A stretch of DNA of 64,000 bases, taken from the NCBI GenBank assembly GCA_963663895.2, contig CAXXRD010000003.1, forward strand, positions 1 to 64,000. The letters run 5' to 3'. This document shows, piece after piece, positions 58,963 to 64,000 of the stretch. The notes beneath the pieces were generated by a model. It was not told where the DNA came from, made no database searches, and saw only the letters and a list, made by a program, of their open reading frames with translations. Every line of letters begins with the position of its first letter. Positions within the stretch are counted from its first letter, which is position 1. This DNA comes from Dehalococcoidia bacterium (GTDB lineage Bacteria; Chloroflexota; Dehalococcoidia; Bin125). The position numbers were made by a program, and so were the translations under genes.

Positions 58963-61900
58963 TTAGCTGAGAACAGGCGCGGGGTTTTGGTTGCGAGTTG
59001 GGGACGCAGCGCGCTGAGCGCGCTCCTCCAATACCCGGCGGTAGGCCCGTGGGAAGACTTTAACGAATTGCGACAGCGCGCTCTCCCAGTCGTCGAGGAG
59101 GCGCCGAGCGATGTCACTGCCGGTGTGTCGGAGGTGAGCCTCAACCATCCCGCGGAGCAGGTCCTGATCCTGGGGCTCGGACACCGGCTCCAAATCGACC
59201 ATGTCGGGATTACAGCGAACGGGGAAATCGCCACTCTCGTCCCAGACGAAGGCAAAGCCGCCACTCATGCCGGCGGCGAAGTTGCGGCCCGTGGAGCCGA
59301 GGACCACCACGCACCCGCCGGTCATGTACTCACAACCGTGATCGCCTACCCCTTCCACGACGGCCTTGGCGCCGCTGTTGCGGACGGCGAAGCGCTCGCC
59401 CGCGAGGCCTCGGACGTACAGCTCGCCTGCCGTGGCGCCATAGAGCACGACATTACCGATGATGGTGTTCCGCTCGGGGACGAAAGTCGCTTGGCGGGGT
59501 GGCTTGACGATGACGCGTCCTCCCGAGAGCCCTTTGGCCAGATAGTCGTTCGCGTCGCCTTCCAGCGTGAACTCCACGCCGCCCGCAAGCCAGAGGCCAA
59601 ACGATTGCCCGGCCGAACCACGGAAATGTGCCCGGATGGTCTCTGCTGGCAGACCAGCTTCCCCGGTCCTCTTCGAGATCTCCCAGCTGAGGATGCCGCC
59701 CACAGCCCGGTTCGCGTTCCGAATCGGCAGCTCGAGCTGGATAGGGCGTTGCTCCGTCAGAGCGGGGAGGGCACGGGCGACGATCTCGTGATCGATCGCG
59801 TGTTCCAGGCCGTGCTCCTGTCTCTGCTTGCAATAAGTGGCGAAGGAATCGGGAACATCGGGGCGCTGCAGGATGGGGGAGATATCGAGGTGGGCGGCCT
59901 TCCAGTGGTCGATATCGTCTGCCGGCTCGAGCAGGTCGACCCGGCCTACCATTTCGTTGACCGTGCGCAGCCCTAGCTTGGCCATGATCTCGCGAAGATG
60001 CTCAGCGACGAAGAACATGTAGTTGACGACGAAGTCGGCCTCGCCGGTAAAGCGAGCGCGGAGTTCGGGATCCTGGGTCGCGATGCCGACGGAGCAGGCA
60101 TTGAGATGGCATTTGCGCAGCATGATGCAACCGAGGGTGACGAGCGGCATGGTGGCGAAGCCGAACTCCTCGGCACCGAGCAGACAGGCGATGGCGACAT
60201 CCCGGCCGGTCTTGAGCTGGCCGTCCGCTTGAACCACGATCCGGCCCCGCAGGTCGTTCATGACCAGCACTTGTTGCGTCTCGGCGACGCCGAGTTCCCA
60301 GGGAAGCCCCCCATGCTTGATTGAGCTCTGTGGCGAAGCGCCGGTGCCGCCGCTGGCGCCGCTGATCAAGACAACGTCCCCATGTCCTTTGGAAACGCCG
60401 GCGGCGATCGTTCCGACCCCGACTTCGGACACGAGTTTGACGTGCACGCGCGCGTCGGGATTCCCGTTCTTGAGATCGTGAATGAGCTGGGCGAGGTCCT
60501 CAATGGAGTAAATGTCGTGATGGGGAGGCGGGGAGATCAGCTCAACGCCAGGGGTCGAGTGGCGGACTCGAGCGATCGTCTCGTCAACCTTGTGGCCGGG
60601 CAGCTGACCACCCTCGCCGGGCTTGGCTCCTTGGGCCATTTTGATCTGGAGATCGGTCGCGTGCGTAAGGTAGTTGCTGTTGACTCCAAAGCGCCCCGAG
60701 GCGACCTGCTTGATCGCGCTCTCGCGGCGATCGCCATTGGGGTCCGGAACGTAGCGGGCGGGATCTTCTCCGCCTTCCCCGGTGTTGCTCTTCGCGCCGA
60801 TCCGATTCATGGCGATCGCCAAGGTCTCGTGAGCCTCCTTGCTAATGGAGCCGAAAGAAGCGGCGCCGGTCGCAAACCGTTTCACGATCTCGGATGCCGG
60901 CTCCACTTCGTCGATCGGGATCGGTTCGACTTCCTTGAAGCGAAGTAAGCCGCGGATCGTGGCTCGCTGCTCTGGGTCCTCATCGACCATGTGCGCGAAG
61001 CGTTGGTAGGCAGCGAAGTCATTGCGGCTGGTGGCGTCTTGAATCAGCGCGATCGCGTCCGGGTTGAGCATGTGGAACTCGCCATCGCGGCGCCAGTGGT
61101 AGTTGCCCCCCGAGCGCAGATCAAGCGCCTCGGCGATCAGCCTTCGTGGGAAAGCATGATCATGGCGCCGCAGCACGGCCTCCTCGACCACCTCAAGGCC
61201 GATACCCCCGATGCGGGTCGGCGTGTTGGTAAAGAACTCGTCGACGAGTTCTTGGCCGAGGCCGATCGCCTCGAAGATCTGAGCGCCGCGATAGCTGGAC
61301 ACCGTCGAGATCCCCATCTTGGACATCACCTTGACGATCCCTTTATCGACGGCTTGGATGTAACGCTCTTCGATGCTGTCTTGTTCGAGCGCTTGGGAGA
61401 GAATGCCGTCGGCGCGCAGCTCCGCAAGTGTTTCGAAAGCCAGGTAGGGGTTGATCGCGGAGGCTCCATAGCCCACCAGCGTGGCGAAGTGGTGCACCTC
61501 GCGGGGCTCGCCCGATTCGATCACGATATCGGCGCGCATGCGACGGCCGGCATCGATCAGGTGGTGGTGGACGGCGGCTACCGCGAGCAGGCTCGGAATC
61601 GGGGCGTGCCGAGCGTCGATACCACGATCACTGAGGACCAGGATGGAGTCACCGGCATCCACTGCCTTGATGGCGGCTGCGCACAGCGCGTCGAGTGCCG
61701 CGCGTAGTGCCCCGCCCGATGTTGGCTTGCCATTGCGGGACGATGCCGCTGTCTCGAAAAGGATCGGTAAGGTGGTGGCGCGCAGCCCCGGCTGGTCCAG
61801 CGCCTTGATCTTGGCGAGCTCGGCGTTGGTGATCACGGGGCGGGCGATCTTCAGCTGTCGCGCATGCCCGGACGTCTCTTCGAAAAGATTCCCTCGCGTG

Positions 61901-63561
61901 CCGATCAGGGTCTCGGTGGAAGTAACGAGCTTCTCCCACTGGGCATCGAGCGGTGGGTTGGTCACCTGCGCGAAGAGCTGACGGAAATAGTTCGCCAGTG
62001 GCTGGGGGTGGTCCGAGAGGACCGCGATGGGGGTGTCGTTCCCCATAGAGCCCACAGGCTCTTTCGCGTCGTTGGCCATGGCCGCCATGATCATGCCGAG
62101 CTCTTCTGTCGTGTAACCATGGGCGCGCTGGCGCTCACGCAGACTGCCGAAATGCGGTCCAGGCACCTGGGCGGGAGTGGGAAGGTCCGCCAGCGTGAGC
62201 CGTTGCGCTCGCAGCCATTCGCCATAGGGCAAGCGGCTGGCCAGTGCAGGCTTCACTTCTTCATCGGGGACGATGCGACCCTGCTCCATATCGATGAGGA
62301 AAACGCGGCCGGGGCGGACGCGGCTCTTGAGTTTGATCTGCTCCGGTGGAATGTCCAAGACGCCCGTCTCGGATCCCATCACGACCAAGCCGTCCTTGGT
62401 CACGAGGTACCGCAGCGGACGCAGGCCGTTACGGTCCAGTACGACGGCGATCTGCTGGCCGTCGCTGGCGGCGACCATCGCGGGCCCATCCCAGGGCTCC
62501 ATCAGCGCTGCGTGGTAGTCGTAGAAATCCCGCGTCTCTTGATCCATCGACTCGTGATTCTCGAAAGCCTCGGGGATCATCATCATGAGGCAGTGGGGTA
62601 GAGAGCGGCCGGTGTGGATCAGAAGTTCAAGCGCGTTGTCGAAGCTCGCGGTATCGCTCTGGCCAGGCTGGCAGATGGGGAAGAGGCTCTCCAGTTCCTC
62701 GTCCGTGAAGTGCGGAGAGGAGAGCAACGCCTGACGCGCGGTCATCCAGTTGATGTTGCCCCGTAGCGTGTTGATCTCGCCGTTATGGGCGATGAAGCGA
62801 TAGGGATGCGCTAGCCGCCAGGATCCGAGCGTGTTCGTGCTGAAACGAGAATGCACGATCGCCCAGGCGCTGACGAGCTCCGGATCGTGCAGGTCTTGGT
62901 AGAACCCATTGACCTGCGTGCTGATCAGCAGACCCTTGTAGACCACGCGGTCGCTGAACATGCTGGGGATGTAGAAATCCTCCGGGTGGGGAATGCTGCT
63001 CGCCTCGACCGCGCTCTCGATGCAGCGACGGGCGACATAGAGACGGCGATTCAGCTCGCTCTCCTCCGCGACCTCGTCTGGGGCGCCGATGAAGCACTGC
63101 GCGATCTGAGGAGCGACGGTGCGAGCGATGGATCCGATCGCCTCGGGAGTGACGGGGACTTCGCGCCAACCGAGCACCTTGAGGCCACGGCGTCTCACCT
63201 CCGCTTCCACAATCGATTGGCAGGTGGCGCGGTCGGCCTCCCCTTGCGGGAAGAAGACCATCGCTACTCCGTAGCGGCCGGGAGCGGGCAGCGAGATGCC
63301 GAGCCTCGCCGTCTCGCGGCGGAAAAAGACATCTGGCATCTGGAAGAGAACGCCGCCGCCATCTCCGGTGAGCGGATCGGCGCCGAGAGCGCCGCGGTGG
63401 GCGAGGTTGTTCGCGACCTCGATCGCCTGTTCAAGGATGCGGTGGCTTCGCTGCCCGTCGAGGTTGGCCACGACGCCCACTCCGCAGGCATCGTGCTCGA
63501 AGGCGGGGTCGTAAAGGCCCTGCTTCGTAAGCCGTCTGGGCGGTGCTTGCGGTGAATCCAT
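58963..63561 (-). CDS. gltB: Glutamate synthase large subunit
   Basis: HDACGVG, HSRFSTNT, EPWDGPA, GAKPGEGGQLPG, PPPHHDIYSIED and GERFAVRNSG. Confidence 0.98.
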   Translation of the reverse strand: MDSPQAPPRRLTKQGLYDPAFEHDACGVGVVANLDGQRSHRILEQAIEVANNLAHRGALGADPLTGDGGGVLFQMPDVFFRRETARLGISLPAPGRYGVAMVFFPQGEADRATCQSIVEAEVRRRGLKVLGWREVPVTPEAIGSIARTVAPQIAQCFIGAPDEVAEESELNRRLYVARRCIESAVEASSIPHPEDFYIPSMFSDRVVYKGLLISTQVNGFYQDLHDPELVSAWAIVHSRFSTNTLGSWRLAHPYRFIAHNGEINTLRGNINWMTARQALLSSPHFTDEELESLFPICQPGQSDTASFDNALELLIHTGRSLPHCLMMMIPEAFENHESMDQETRDFYDYHAALMEPWDGPAMVAASDGQQIAVVLDRNGLRPLRYLVTKDGLVVMGSETGVLDIPPEQIKLKSRVRPGRVFLIDMEQGRIVPDEEVKPALASRLPYGEWLRAQRLTLADLPTPAQVPGPHFGSLRERQRAHGYTTEELGMIMAAMANDAKEPVGSMGNDTPIAVLSDHPQPLANYFRQLFAQVTNPPLDAQWEKLVTSTETLIGTRGNLFEETSGHARQLKIARPVITNAELAKIKALDQPGLRATTLPILFETAASSRNGKPTSGGALRAALDALCAAAIKAVDAGDSILVLSDRGIDARHAPIPSLLAVAAVHHHLIDAGRRMRADIVIESGEPREVHHFATLVGYGASAINPYLAFETLAELRADGILSQALEQDSIEERYIQAVDKGIVKVMSKMGISTVSSYRGAQIFEAIGLGQELVDEFFTNTPTRIGGIGLEVVEEAVLRRHDHAFPRRLIAEALDLRSGGNYHWRRDGEFHMLNPDAIALIQDATSRNDFAAYQRFAHMVDEDPEQRATIRGLLRFKEVEPIPIDEVEPASEIVKRFATGAASFGSISKEAHETLAIAMNRIGAKSNTGEGGEDPARYVPDPNGDRRESAIKQVASGRFGVNSNYLTHATDLQIKMAQGAKPGEGGQLPGHKVDETIARVRHSTPGVELISPPPHHDIYSIEDLAQLIHDLKNGNPDARVHVKLVSEVGVGTIAAGVSKGHGDVVLISGASGGTGASPQSSIKHGGLPWELGVAETQQVLVMNDLRGRIVVQADGQLKTGRDVAIACLLGAEEFGFATMPLVTLGCIMLRKCHLNACSVGIATQDPELRARFTGEADFVVNYMFFVAEHLREIMAKLGLRTVNEMVGRVDLLEPADDIDHWKAAHLDISPILQRPDVPDSFATYCKQRQEHGLEHAIDHEIVARALPALTEQRPIQLELPIRNANRAVGGILSWEISKRTGEAGLPAETIRAHFRGSAGQSFGLWLAGGVEFTLEGDANDYLAKGLSGGRVIVKPPRQATFVPERNTIIGNVVLYGATAGELYVRGLAGERFAVRNSGAKAVVEGVGDHGCEYMTGGCVVVLGSTGRNFAAGMSGGFAFVWDESGDFPVRCNPDMVDLEPVSEPQDQDLLRGMVEAHLRHTGSDIARRLLDDWESALSQFVKVFPRAYRRVLEERAQRAASPTRNQNPAPVLS

Positions 63562-64000
63562 TGGCTCCTTACCGCGCGTGAATGCACATCGATACCGTTA
63601 GAAGCGGCGTACTTTAAAGTCTTGCCGGCGGATAACAAATGGAGACCGGCTGGATGACGAAAATAAAAAAGCACCAGCACCGCGCACCAACTGTACGCAG
63701 CGGCCTCAAGCCAACCCCTCCATCGGGACAGGCCAGCGTTATGCAGATTTTCCCAGATAACTAGGAGAGCCGTCTAGGGGCTGGAGAGCGTGCCCGAGCC
63801 AAGAACGGCTGTCCGTCAGGGCTACAGTACGGCTTTGCCGAGTGGCGAAGGGACCGAGCGGCAGCATTCCCAGTGCTGGCGAGGGGCGTCCGGCAGATAT
63901 CACTCGCCTGTCTGAACAAACCGGGCCATCGCATCGATACCTGGGTCGCTGCGCTAGAACGGCGGGGCTCGGCGCGTGTGCTCCTACCCTTCCTCCATGT

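Noticed and set aside
1-64000. CRISPR arrays, tRNA/rRNA genes and IS elements
   Set aside because: No regularly spaced repeats, cloverleaf signatures or transposase motifs were seen by eye; a computational scan would be needed to exclude weak cases.

Overview
High-GC bacterial chromosome segment. Gene content and order (yceD-rpmF-fabD-nusB, DapL lysine pathway, archaeal-type ApgM, an LLM/SDR/enoyl-CoA hydratase/acyl-CoA dehydrogenase/CoA-transferase catabolic set) suggest Chloroflexota, probably Dehalococcoidia; this is an inference. Most of the window is housekeeping: fab, his, pur/gua, lower glycolysis, miaA-dapF-dapL-hflX, glcDEF, gltBD and RNase P RNA. I saw no tRNA, rRNA, CRISPR array or intact mobile element. 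Main anomalies: (1) a large-serine-recombinase homologue that has lost its catalytic motifs but keeps its DNA-binding domains, packed between a zinc-ribbon gene, RNase HI and rnpB; (2) a self-contained ~160-nt structured transcript unit carrying a perfect anti-16S sequence; (3) a Cys-rich PadR / small ArsM-motif peptide / ArsM / DUF169 operon with its operator; (4) a nuclease-less SeqA-N-like plus Mrr-N protein; (5) hflX apparently starting at ATC; (6) a +1 frameshift in rpmF; (7) a MurE-like ligase with non-canonical motifs. All calls come from reading motifs by eye, and no database search was run.
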